Shown here in pieces: positions 15,901-24,490 of a DNA stretch of 64,000 nucleotides (positions are counted from its first letter, which is position 1; the number at the start of each line of letters is the position of its first letter). Made by a program: the position numbers and the translations under genes. This DNA comes from Thermoanaerobaculia bacterium (GTDB lineage Bacteria; Acidobacteriota; Thermoanaerobaculia; Gp7-AA8). The notes below the pieces were generated by a model that saw only the letters and a list, made by a program, of their open reading frames with translations, did no database searches and was not told where the DNA came from. The stretch is from positions 3,992 to 67,991 of the forward strand of contig JBBRNB010000015.1 of NCBI GenBank assembly GCA_038230535.1, read 5' to 3'.

Positions 15901-18039
15901 ATGAAGTTCTCCCGCGAGTGGCTCAACGATTACGTCGATCTTTCCGATATCAGCGATGACCAGCTCGGCGTTCGCCTGACAGAAATCGGCCATGCCGTCG
16001 AGTCTGTCGAGCGCCATGGCAGCGATACGGTCTTCGATCTCGAGATCACGACGAACCGCGTCGATGCGATGTCGCACATCGGCATGGCCCGGGAGCTGTC
16101 TGCCGCATTGGGAAGACCGCAGATCGGAATCGCGGCGCCTGCCCTGAGCGGAGCCGAAGGGCCTGCCCTGAGCGGAGCCGAAGGGTCCTCGCCGCCAATC
16201 ATCCGCATCGAAGCCCCTGAAATGTGCATCCGTTATTCGGGGGTCGTCATCCGCAACGTCACAGTCAAACCCTCCTCGCCGCTCGTCGCCAGGCGCCTAG
16301 AGGAAGCCGGCCTGCGCCCGATCAACAACATCGTCGACACCACGAACTACGTGATGGCCGCGCTCGGTCACCCGCTGCATGCGTACGACCTCGACCGCGT
16401 AGGCGGACAGACCATCATCGTTCGCCGCGGCAAGCAGGGCGAGACGGTGAAGACCCTCGACGGCGAGATCCGGAAGATCGATCCCGAAACGGTCGTCATC
16501 GCCGATGCTCACCGCCCCACCGGCCTCGGCGGGATCATGGGCGGCATCGAGTCGGAGATCACAGCATCGACGCGCAATCTGTTACTCGAATGCGCATGGT
16601 TCGATCCGCCAACCATCCGCCGCACGGCGCGGCGGCTCGGTCTGAAGACCGATGCGTCGTACCGTTTTGAGCGGCGCGTCGATCCCAACGACACGCTCGC
16701 GGTCATCGCCGAAGCGACGAGGATGATCGTCGAAAGCGGCGGCGGCATCGTGGAAGCGCCGATCGACGTCGTCGCCGCCGAAGTAAGACCGAAAACGATC
16801 CGCCTTCGCTCGACGAGGTTGCACGAGGCTTCGGCTGGAGCCGTCGGAGCCGGATACGCGCTCGAGCTCTTCCGCCGCCTCGGTTTCACCGCCGAGCAGG
16901 TTCACGACGGGCTGCGGGTCACCGTTCCAACGTATCGCGGCGACATCTTCGAAGAGGCGGACCTGATCGAGGAAGTCCTTCGCTTCTTCGGTCTCGACAA
17001 CGTCCCGGCCATGCTGCCGCGCGTCACAACCGGCGACGTTCGACGCGAGGCGGCAGACATCGCCGAAGACGCCATCCGCGATGTCCTGACCGGCTGCGGC
17101 CTGTCCGAAGCCATCAACTACTCGTTCATCCGTCCGGAGTGGAACGCCCTCGTCTCGGATGAAGAGCCGATCGCGATCACCAACGCACTCTCAGAAGCAA
17201 TCGAAGCGATGCGCCTATCGCTCGTTCCCGGCCTGCTCGAGACGGCCGTCTACAACCGCTCGTACGGGACACGCGATGGTGCCTTCTTCGAAGTAGGGAG
17301 AACGTATCACCGTGCGGGAGTGGGGAGTGGGGAGTGGGGAGTGGGAGAGGAGCACGCTCGGGTGGCGTCTTCTTGCTCCAACTCCCACTCCCCATCCCCC
17401 ACTCCCCACTCCCCCGTAAACGAGCACCACCGTATCGCCATCGTGCTCTACGGCTCCATCGGAACGTTCTGGGGTGATGCGAAGCGGCCGGTCGATTTCT
17501 TCGACATCAAAGGCCTCATCGAACAGATCGCGGCGAAAATGCACGTCGACGTGACCTTCGCGGCGTCTGATCAGCGATGGCTACGCAGCGGAAAACGCGC
17601 TGTTGCCTGGCACGGCGACCGGGAGATCGCCAGCCTCGGGTTCCTTGCGTCGGAGGTGCTGCAGATGTTCGGTATCAAAGGCGACGTGGGCGTCGCGGAG
17701 ATCGACGTCGAGGCCATCATCGCGTCGTCGAATACGGATTGGAAGATGGCGCCTGTAGCGCGCTTCCCCGGCGTACCGATGATCCTCGCTCTCACGCATG
17801 GGCGTGACCTCGAGTATCAACGCATCATCGATGCGATCCGATCGTTCGATGTGCCCCATCTTCACCAAGTCGGTCTACGCGACCGTTTTGTCCCCGACGG
17901 AACAGACGACATCATCAAAACCACGCTCGGCATGTGGTATCAGGCATTCGACCGCTCGCTGACCCAGGACGAGATTGCCGGGCATCACCATCAGCTCGCT
18001 TCGAGACTCGCTGCCATGCTGCCGGTGAAACTACTCTGA
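15901..18039 (+). CDS. pheT: Phenylalanyl-tRNA synthetase beta subunit (short form without B2 OB-fold)
   Basis: MKFSREWLNDYV, LEITTNRVDAMSHIGMARE, RPINNIVDTTNYV, TDASYRFER, DLIEEV, FFEVG, DRSLTQDEI. Confidence 0.95.
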   Translation: MKFSREWLNDYVDLSDISDDQLGVRLTEIGHAVESVERHGSDTVFDLEITTNRVDAMSHIGMARELSAALGRPQIGIAAPALSGAEGPALSGAEGSSPPIIRIEAPEMCIRYSGVVIRNVTVKPSSPLVARRLEEAGLRPINNIVDTTNYVMAALGHPLHAYDLDRVGGQTIIVRRGKQGETVKTLDGEIRKIDPETVVIADAHRPTGLGGIMGGIESEITASTRNLLLECAWFDPPTIRRTARRLGLKTDASYRFERRVDPNDTLAVIAEATRMIVESGGGIVEAPIDVVAAEVRPKTIRLRSTRLHEASAGAVGAGYALELFRRLGFTAEQVHDGLRVTVPTYRGDIFEEADLIEEVLRFFGLDNVPAMLPRVTTGDVRREAADIAEDAIRDVLTGCGLSEAINYSFIRPEWNALVSDEEPIAITNALSEAIEAMRLSLVPGLLETAVYNRSYGTRDGAFFEVGRTYHRAGVGSGEWGVGEEHARVASSCSNSHSPSPTPHSPVNEHHRIAIVLYGSIGTFWGDAKRPVDFFDIKGLIEQIAAKMHVDVTFAASDQRWLRSGKRAVAWHGDREIASLGFLASEVLQMFGIKGDVGVAEIDVEAIIASSNTDWKMAPVARFPGVPMILALTHGRDLEYQRIIDAIRSFDVPHLHQVGLRDRFVPDGTDDIIKTTLGMWYQAFDRSLTQDEIAGHHHQLASRLAAMLPVKLL
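16137..16184 (+). repeat. 24-nt direct duplication in frame within pheT
   Basis: GCCTGCCCTGAGCGGAGCCGAAGG occurs twice in tandem and encodes PALSGAEGPALSGAEG. Confidence 0.9.
17316..17414. repeat. Inverted heptamer arrays (GGGAGTG)n ... (CACTCCC)n in frame within pheT
   Basis: GGGAGTG x4 at 17316-17343 with complementary ACTCCCC-type units at about 17381-17414; encodes GVGSGEWGVGEEHARVASSCSNSHSPSPTPHSP. Confidence 0.9.
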
Positions 18040-18052
18040 GAGAGAAAACAAC

Positions 18053-18364
18053 GTGAAGAAGAACCGTGACAACGACCAGATGAGCCTCGCCGGAACCGAA
18101 GAGGGAGAAATCCTCGGACGCCTCAACGACCGCGTGGAAAAAGCGATCGCCACCATTCAGGAGTTGCGCCGCGAGCGCGACGCCCTGAGGCGTCAACTGG
18201 ACGACGCGAACGTCCGTCTGCAGCAACAGGGCGAAGCGACCGAGCGCGCGTCATCGCTGGAAGAAGACAACGAACGGTTCAAGCGCGAACGTGGAGAGAT
18301 CCGCAACCGCATCGAATCGATCCTCGGCAACCTCGAAGCGCTCGAAGAGACTCCGCCGGAGTAG
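18053..18364 (+). CDS. ZapB-like coiled-coil cell division protein
   Basis: 103-aa heptad-rich protein (LNDRVEKAIATIQELRRERDAL...IRNRIESILGNL) immediately after pheT. Confidence 0.7.
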   Translation: MKKNRDNDQMSLAGTEEGEILGRLNDRVEKAIATIQELRRERDALRRQLDDANVRLQQQGEATERASSLEEDNERFKRERGEIRNRIESILGNLEALEETPPE

Positions 18365-18371
18365 GCGCCCC

Positions 18372-18986
18372 TCACGTACGCAGCACGGCGCGCGAAAACT
18401 TGATGAAGTAATCGACACCGGAGACCAGTGCGAAAACCATCACCACCCAGAGCGCCAGCTCGCCGATGAATCGGAACTCGCCGAGCTCGTAGCCGGCGAT
18501 CAGCAGCGCGATGGCCACCACCTGCGCCACCATCTTCGTCTTGCCGAGCGGCGAGGCGGCGATGGTGACGCCGTGCTGCGCGGCGATGGACCGCAGGCCG
18601 GAGACGGCGAACTCGCGTCCGATGATGATGACGATCATCCAGGCACGGGCGAGACCGAGCTCGATCAGCGAGATGAAGGCCGCCGACATCAGAAGCTTGT
18701 CCGCGATCGGGTCGAGCAACGCGCCGAGACGCGTCATCTTGTTGTATTTGCGCGCGAAATAGCCGTCGAAGTAGTCGGTGATCGCAGCTACGAAGAAGAT
18801 GGCCAGGCCGAGGTAGTTCGAGTACTTCGTCAGAAGGACCACCACCATGAACGGCACCAGGAAGATGCGGAAGAGCGTCAGCGAGTTCGGGAGGTTCCAG
18901 ATCTCGAACGCGGCATTTTCCGGCGGAGGGACGACTGTAGGTTTCGCGCGCTCCAACACCGCGGAGGCGGCTTCGGTAGGCTGCAT
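18372..18986 (-). CDS. pgsA: CDP-diacylglycerol--glycerol-3-phosphate 3-phosphatidyltransferase
   Basis: WNLPNSLTLFRI, TDYFDGYFARK...LGALLDPIADK CDP-alcohol phosphotransferase motif, GREFAVSGLR, GKTKM. Start uncertain. Confidence 0.93.
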   Translation of the reverse strand: MQPTEAASAVLERAKPTVVPPPENAAFEIWNLPNSLTLFRIFLVPFMVVVLLTKYSNYLGLAIFFVAAITDYFDGYFARKYNKMTRLGALLDPIADKLLMSAAFISLIELGLARAWMIVIIIGREFAVSGLRSIAAQHGVTIAASPLGKTKMVAQVVAIALLIAGYELGEFRFIGELALWVVMVFALVSGVDYFIKFSRAVLRT

Positions 18987-19121
18987 GGGAGGTTCTCGGT
19001 ACGTGTTCGCCACGATCAGAATAGTCACTTTACGCCGTCGTTGGAAGCGCGTTGAAAGGAATACCAATCCATTGATTGACATTCCTTTGCCTGCAACCGA
19101 GAATCTCGGTCCCGCTCGTAC

Positions 19122-19208
19122 GCGAAAGTGGCGGAATTGGTAGACGCGCAGGTCTCAGAAGCCTGTGGTCATTAGACCATGGGGGTTCGATTCCCCCCTT
19201 TCGCACCA
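19122..19208 (+). tRNA. tRNA-Leu, anticodon CAG
   Basis: GCGAAAG/CTTTCGC acceptor stem, GGCGGAATTGGTAGACGC D arm, CAGGT-CTCAGAA-GCCTG anticodon arm (CAG at 19156-19158), long variable arm, GGTTCGATTCC T arm, encoded CCA. Confidence 0.97.
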
Positions 19209-19289
19209 ACCTTCCTTCCCTCGGCACTGACGGCCCCCGTGTTAAAGTGGATCGACAGTCCAATTTCCGTTTCGACTACAGGGGGATCC

Positions 19290-21638
19290 ATGCGACTTCG
19301 CGCGTCGCTTCTGACGGCTTTCGTCTTTGCAGCTCTGACCCTGCCCGTCTTCGCCGCCGGCCCGGCACACGCGCGCGAGGACTACGACCAACTGCAGAAG
19401 TGGCAGTTCGCCAGCACGCCAATCACCCTGACGCAGCCGGTAACGATCGCGCGCGACACCGCCATCATCACGCTCACGTCAGGCACTGTCCGCCTCATGC
19501 AGCCGGTTTCCTCCGGCCGCGTGACAGGCCTCGTTTTCGAAGGCGTCGGGCACTTCGCGATGACGGTCCCCGACCATTTCGAAGTGGCACAGCTCAAACG
19601 CTTCTCCCGGAAGGAAATCAGCTCGGTCGATGAAGCATTCACGCAACTGGTCCTGCGCTCGTCCGACGACACGATCGACAAGCTGTTTCCCGGCGCCGCG
19701 AAAGAGCCGTTCGCCAAGAACAGCCTCGCCGAGAATCGTCACAACCACTGGCTGATCGACCTGCGCCATGACGTCGATGCCGCCGTCGTCGCCGCGATGT
19801 TGAACCCCGGCGCCCTGCAACTGACGGCGGCCATGAAGACCGCCGATTTCGACTGGGTCACGTACGACTACGATTCGCTTCGCCGGGAAGAGAGCCAACT
19901 GATTCACTGGGACCGCGGGACCGCCGAGACCTGGATCAGCCTCGATCGCGCCGAGGACCGAAATGCCAAAGGAGGACCAGGCGATCACGATGTTCGCCCA
20001 GCCACCGTGAGTCATCTCGATGTGAAGGCTGACCTCTCGAAAGGCAAGTGGAACGCGGAACGGATCGGCCAGACCGAGCAGATGATGCTCAACGGACACT
20101 ACACGATCCAGGAAGAGCTCTCGGCCAACATCGACGGCCTCGTCGCGCTACCGCTCGAGCTCTACCCGACGGCGAAGGATCTGACGGCTACCGATGAGAA
20201 AGGCCAGCCGCTCACCATCCTTCGGGACCATGTCGGCGCACGCGGGTTCAGCATCGGCAAGGAGTATTACAACAATATCCTCACCGTGATCTTTCCGGCG
20301 CCGCTGAAAGCCGGCGAGCCGCATGCGGTCACGTTTCACTACGATCTGGAAACGGCGAACTACGCGTTCGGCAACCTCTGGTATCCAACGGTTCCTGAAG
20401 CGTTCGACACGACAACCGCCCGGCTCGAGCTGAGAGTCGCCAAGCGCAACGAGGTGCGTGCCATGGGACGACGCACGGAAGAAACCGAAGCGCCTGACGG
20501 CAGCAAGGTGTCGATCTGGCTCGTCGAGAAGCCCGCCAAGATGGTGACCTTCTCAACCGCGGAGAAATTCACCGAGGTCCCTCTGGAGCTCGCCGGTGCA
20601 CCGAAAGTCATCTCCTTTGGTACTGTCACTGGGCTCGATCCGGGTGCCCGTATCCGCAACGCCGGCGCCGACGTCATCAACTCGCTCCGTTTCTATCAAT
20701 ACCTGTTCGATGACAAGCTGGACACGCCGCAAATCTACGCGACCGCCATCGCCGCGGGCCACGGGCAGGCCTTTGACGGCTTTCTCCATCTCTCCGAGTT
20801 TTCCTATGAGGAGCATCCCGGCGCCACGGAGCTTTTCCGTGCGCACGAGGTGGCCCACGAGTGGTGGGGCCACAAGATCGGATGGAAGACCTATCGCGAT
20901 CAATGGCTGAGCGAGTCCTTTGCCGAATACTCCTCGATGTTGTTCGTACAGGCGACGGTGAAGGGAGGCGACAAGTACTACGACGAGATCATCAGCGTCT
21001 ACGACGGCATCGTGCAGGGCAACCTCTCCGGCGGCTTCAGCAAGTTCAATCGTCCATGGTTGATCGAATTCAATGCCGCTGCCCGCGCCCGGATCGGTCC
21101 GATCGGCGCCGGCTACCGCGCCGGAACGGGAGACGTCCCCGCCGGCTATGAGATTCAGGCCTACTACAAAGGGCCGCTCGTCCTGCACATGCTCCGGACC
21201 ATGCTTCGCGCCAAGACGAACAACGACGAGCTCTTCGTCAAGATCCTGCGCGACTTCGTCAAGGAGTACAGCGGGAAGGACGCAAGCACCGCCGATTTCC
21301 AGAAGATCGTGGAGCGGGACGCTCCCGGCGACTGGAGCTACTTCTTCGATGACTGGGTCTACGATTCAGCGATCCCTACCCTGCGCTGGAGCTACAAGGT
21401 CGAGCCGAATTCGACCGGCGGGGCCAAGCTGACGCTGACCGTGAGGCGGAGCGGCGTACGCGACGATTTCATGATGGTCGCCCCAGTACACCTGGAGTTC
21501 GACGGCAACCGCTCCGGCAACATTTTCATGCGGATACGTAAGAACGAGGAGACGATGTCACAGGATCTGCCGGCCGTACCGCGAAAAGTCGTCTTCGCAC
21601 CGGATCATTCGTTGCTCGCGAACATCCGGCGGGAGTAG
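19290..21638 (+). CDS. Secreted M1-family (gluzincin) metallopeptidase
   Basis: Signal peptide MRLRASLLTAFVFAALTLPVFA; AHEVAHEWWG (HExxH), WLSESFAEY, YYKGPLVLHMLR. Confidence 0.88.
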   Translation: MRLRASLLTAFVFAALTLPVFAAGPAHAREDYDQLQKWQFASTPITLTQPVTIARDTAIITLTSGTVRLMQPVSSGRVTGLVFEGVGHFAMTVPDHFEVAQLKRFSRKEISSVDEAFTQLVLRSSDDTIDKLFPGAAKEPFAKNSLAENRHNHWLIDLRHDVDAAVVAAMLNPGALQLTAAMKTADFDWVTYDYDSLRREESQLIHWDRGTAETWISLDRAEDRNAKGGPGDHDVRPATVSHLDVKADLSKGKWNAERIGQTEQMMLNGHYTIQEELSANIDGLVALPLELYPTAKDLTATDEKGQPLTILRDHVGARGFSIGKEYYNNILTVIFPAPLKAGEPHAVTFHYDLETANYAFGNLWYPTVPEAFDTTTARLELRVAKRNEVRAMGRRTEETEAPDGSKVSIWLVEKPAKMVTFSTAEKFTEVPLELAGAPKVISFGTVTGLDPGARIRNAGADVINSLRFYQYLFDDKLDTPQIYATAIAAGHGQAFDGFLHLSEFSYEEHPGATELFRAHEVAHEWWGHKIGWKTYRDQWLSESFAEYSSMLFVQATVKGGDKYYDEIISVYDGIVQGNLSGGFSKFNRPWLIEFNAAARARIGPIGAGYRAGTGDVPAGYEIQAYYKGPLVLHMLRTMLRAKTNNDELFVKILRDFVKEYSGKDASTADFQKIVERDAPGDWSYFFDDWVYDSAIPTLRWSYKVEPNSTGGAKLTLTVRRSGVRDDFMMVAPVHLEFDGNRSGNIFMRIRKNEETMSQDLPAVPRKVVFAPDHSLLANIRRE

Positions 21639-21666
21639 TAACCTGTTGCGTCCTCGGGAATCCGGA

Positions 21667-22233
21667 ATGCGTCTCCTTTCTGTCGCTGCGATTGTGTTCG
21701 CCGCCACCACGCCGCTCACCGCCGTGGTGCACCAAACCGCCGCGCGCGAGAACCGGGCTGCCGCACTTCCGGTGCTACCAAGAAGCGGGGTGCGGGCCGA
21801 ACTGCTCCACGACCTCGACGACATGCAGAAGAAGATCCTCTCGCTCGCGACAGCCATGCCGTCCGAGAAGTACTCCTGGCGGCCCGTGCGCGGCGTCCGA
21901 TCCGTCAGTGAGGTCTACATGCACATCGCAGGCGGCAACTACACGCTGGTGAGTTTTGTCGGCGACAAGCCGATGCTCGACACCCGCTCCTACGAGCGTG
22001 TCACCGGGAAGGCCCGCGTCGTCGACGAGTTGCGGCGGTCGTTCGACTACCTGCGAAATACCATCATCAACACCAGCGATGCGGATCTCGACAAACCGAT
22101 CCGCATGTTCGGCAACGACAGCACCGAGCGAGCGGCGTTCATGATGGCTCTGAACCACCTGCACGAGCACCTCGGCCAGTCGGTCGCCTACGCGCGCATG
22201 AACGGCGTGGTCCCCCCATGGAGTACCGAGTAG
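21667..22233 (+). CDS. DinB-family protein with signal peptide
   Basis: RSVSEVYMHIAG and LNHLHEHLGQSVAYARMNGVVPPW metal-binding histidines. Confidence 0.88.
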   Translation: MRLLSVAAIVFAATTPLTAVVHQTAARENRAAALPVLPRSGVRAELLHDLDDMQKKILSLATAMPSEKYSWRPVRGVRSVSEVYMHIAGGNYTLVSFVGDKPMLDTRSYERVTGKARVVDELRRSFDYLRNTIINTSDADLDKPIRMFGNDSTERAAFMMALNHLHEHLGQSVAYARMNGVVPPWSTE

Positions 22234-22905
22234 TCATCGCTCATAGCGCGTGGCGTACTCCGGAGCGGCTAATCCGTGGATGAGCCGCTCGTCGCCGACA
22301 GGCGACGACGGCGTGAGCGCGAGCGGGATGACGCCGGCCCAGATCGGCAGGGAGTAGTCCGCTTCATCATCGACCGGAGGACCGGTGCGAATCTTCGCCG
22401 ACGCCTCCGCCAACGGCATGGCGATGACCAGCGTCTGCTTGAGCTCCGATTCGTTGGGGGGACGGACATCCGCAACGCGCCCGGCGCAAACATGCTCGAC
22501 CAGCGCATCGAGCACGCGCAGCTTCTCCTCCCCATCGACGACCTCGCGGCCTTTGCCCATCACCACGACGGAGCGGTAGTTCATCGAGTGATGAAATGCC
22601 GAGCGGGCCATCACCAGGCCGTCGAGGATGGTCAGGGTCACGCAGGCGTCGATGCCATCGCGCAACGAGCGGAGCATCCGGCTGGCCGCCGAGCCGTGGA
22701 AGTAAAGCGTATCCCCGACGCGCGTGTGGATGGTCGGGATGACCACCGGCGAGCCGTCGATGACGAAGCCAACGTGGCAGATCAAGGCCTCATCGATGAT
22801 GGCGTTGATGGTCTCACGGCCGTACGTCCCCCGCCTGGCCAGACGCTTGACTGTTGTGCGTGGCGATTGCAATGTTTCCGTTTGTTCTAGTACAATGTCG
22901 CTCAT
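22234..22905 (-). CDS. Pyridoxamine 5'-phosphate oxidase-like FMN-binding protein
   Basis: ICHVGFV, PVVIPT, LYFHGS, ARSAFHHSMNYRSVVV, PIWAGVIPL. Confidence 0.9.
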   Translation of the reverse strand: MSDIVLEQTETLQSPRTTVKRLARRGTYGRETINAIIDEALICHVGFVIDGSPVVIPTIHTRVGDTLYFHGSAASRMLRSLRDGIDACVTLTILDGLVMARSAFHHSMNYRSVVVMGKGREVVDGEEKLRVLDALVEHVCAGRVADVRPPNESELKQTLVIAMPLAEASAKIRTGPPVDDEADYSLPIWAGVIPLALTPSSPVGDERLIHGLAAPEYATRYER

Positions 22906-22917
22906 ATGTTAGTACAA
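22882..22917. promoter_or_regulatory. Candidate operator for the divergent MocR regulator
   Basis: Near-palindrome TTGTTCTAGTACAA (22882-22895) and direct repeat TAGTACAA (22888 and 22910) straddle the back-to-back start codons. Confidence 0.5.
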
Positions 22918-24225
22918 CGCTACCTCAACGGAACCACCGCCGTCAAGATCGCCGCCAGCGTGGAGTCGGCGGTTGCGAATGGAAAGGCCGCCGGCGGTGA
23001 ACAGCTTCCGGCAGTCAGGGCGCTCGCCGGACAGCTCGGCGTAAGCCCGGCCACCGTCGCCGCCGCCTATCGCATCCTTCAGGAACGCGGCATCGCCTTC
23101 GCCGAGGGCCGCCGCGGCACGATCGTGAGGCATGCATCGCCATCTGCGCCGCCCGCACCCGCAATGCTGCCGCCCGGCGTGCGTGATCTCGCCACCGGCA
23201 ATCCCGCCTCGGAACTGCTACCCGACCTGCAGCCGTTTCTCCGCAAGCTGGACGGCGGGTCGCGCCTCTATCGCGATGACCTCAACGACCCGGAGCTCGT
23301 GGCACTGGCCACCAAACAGTTCATCGCCGGCAACGTACCCGCCGATTCCGTCGCTGTGGTCAGTGGAGCGCTCGACGGCATCGAACGTGTTCTCCGCGAA
23401 CAACTCCGTCCCGGTGACCGCGTCCTCGTGGAAGACCCCTGCTTCACCGGCATCGCCGATCTCCTGCACGCACTCTCACTCGTTCCGGTCCCGGTAGCCG
23501 TCGACGATGAAGGCCTTCTGCCCGCCGCAATTCAGAGCGCCGGCGCCGCTGATGCCATCATCGTCACGCCGCGAGCGCAGAACCCGACCGGCGCCGCCTT
23601 CACCGAGCGGCGTGGCCGGCAACTGCGCGTACTCCTCCGGCAACGGCCGGAGCTCCTGGTCATCGAAGACGATCACGCCGGCCCCATCGCCGGTGCGCCG
23701 TACGTCACCCTCGTCGAAGCATCGCGCGCACGATGGGCCGTCGTCCGTTCGGTCTCGAAGTCGCTCGGCCCCGATCTGCGTCTGGCCATCCTCGCCGGCG
23801 ACGCCCGGACGATCGCCCGCGTCGAAGGACGCCAGACGCTCGGCATCCGCTGGGTCAGCCACATCCTGCAGAAGCTCGTCGTCACGTTGTGGCGCGACAA
23901 GGGCGTCCAGAAGCTGCTCACCCGTGCCGAACGCACCTATACGCAGCGCCGCGACGCCCTCATCAACGCGCTTCGTACCAGAGGAATCGAAGCACATGGG
24001 ATGTCAGGCCTGAACGTCTGGATCCCTCTACCCGAGGAGAGCGCCGTCGTGCAGGCACTCTTCCAACGCGGCTGGGCCGTCGCCGCCGGCGAGCGCTATC
24101 GATTCCGGACGCCACCGGCAATCCGCGTCACCATCGCTTCACTCGACACAGGCGATGCGGCCTCCTTCGCCGATGACCTCGCCGAGGTGCTGCGTCCCGT
24201 CCAGAGACGGGCTGCGGGAGCGTGA
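22906..24225 (+). CDS. MocR/GntR-family regulator with aminotransferase domain
   Basis: QLPAVRALAGQLGVSPATVAAAY wHTH; VIEDDHAG and RSVSKSLGPDLRL. Confidence 0.92.
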   Translation: MLVQRYLNGTTAVKIAASVESAVANGKAAGGEQLPAVRALAGQLGVSPATVAAAYRILQERGIAFAEGRRGTIVRHASPSAPPAPAMLPPGVRDLATGNPASELLPDLQPFLRKLDGGSRLYRDDLNDPELVALATKQFIAGNVPADSVAVVSGALDGIERVLREQLRPGDRVLVEDPCFTGIADLLHALSLVPVPVAVDDEGLLPAAIQSAGAADAIIVTPRAQNPTGAAFTERRGRQLRVLLRQRPELLVIEDDHAGPIAGAPYVTLVEASRARWAVVRSVSKSLGPDLRLAILAGDARTIARVEGRQTLGIRWVSHILQKLVVTLWRDKGVQKLLTRAERTYTQRRDALINALRTRGIEAHGMSGLNVWIPLPEESAVVQALFQRGWAVAAGERYRFRTPPAIRVTIASLDTGDAASFADDLAEVLRPVQRRAAGA

Positions 24226-24259
24226 GGCAACGCGCTTAGATTAGGAGTCCTTCGTCGCC

Positions 24260-24398
24260 CCTCACCCACCACCTGAGCGAGGGATTTCAGGAACTGGCGG
24301 CGATCATGATCATCCCGATAGATGTCGCGGCGCTCATTGCCGCGGCTCGTGACATGCCAGACGGCACCCGGAAATTCGAGACGAAGTTGGCGTGACAC
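24260..24398 (-). pseudogene. Truncated REP-associated tyrosine transposase (RAYT/IS200-like) N-terminus
   Basis: From GTG 24398: (M)SRQLRLEFPGAVWHVTSRGNERRDIYRDDHDRRQFLKSLAQVV, after which the frame runs into antisense MocR sequence. No HUH motif or catalytic Tyr. Confidence 0.75.
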
Positions 24399-24490
24399 GG
24401 AAAGCGCAAAGGAGAGAGCTGGCGCAGAAGCGGATGACGATCCGCGGTCCGTGTGGGCCATCGGGGTTACTACGCCTCTCGTAGGATAAC

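Noticed and set aside
19122-19290. tRNA-Leu as integration site of an island
   Set aside because: No integrase and no duplicated tRNA 3' end seen in the window. The ORF-track start at 19179 lies inside the tRNA and was also rejected.
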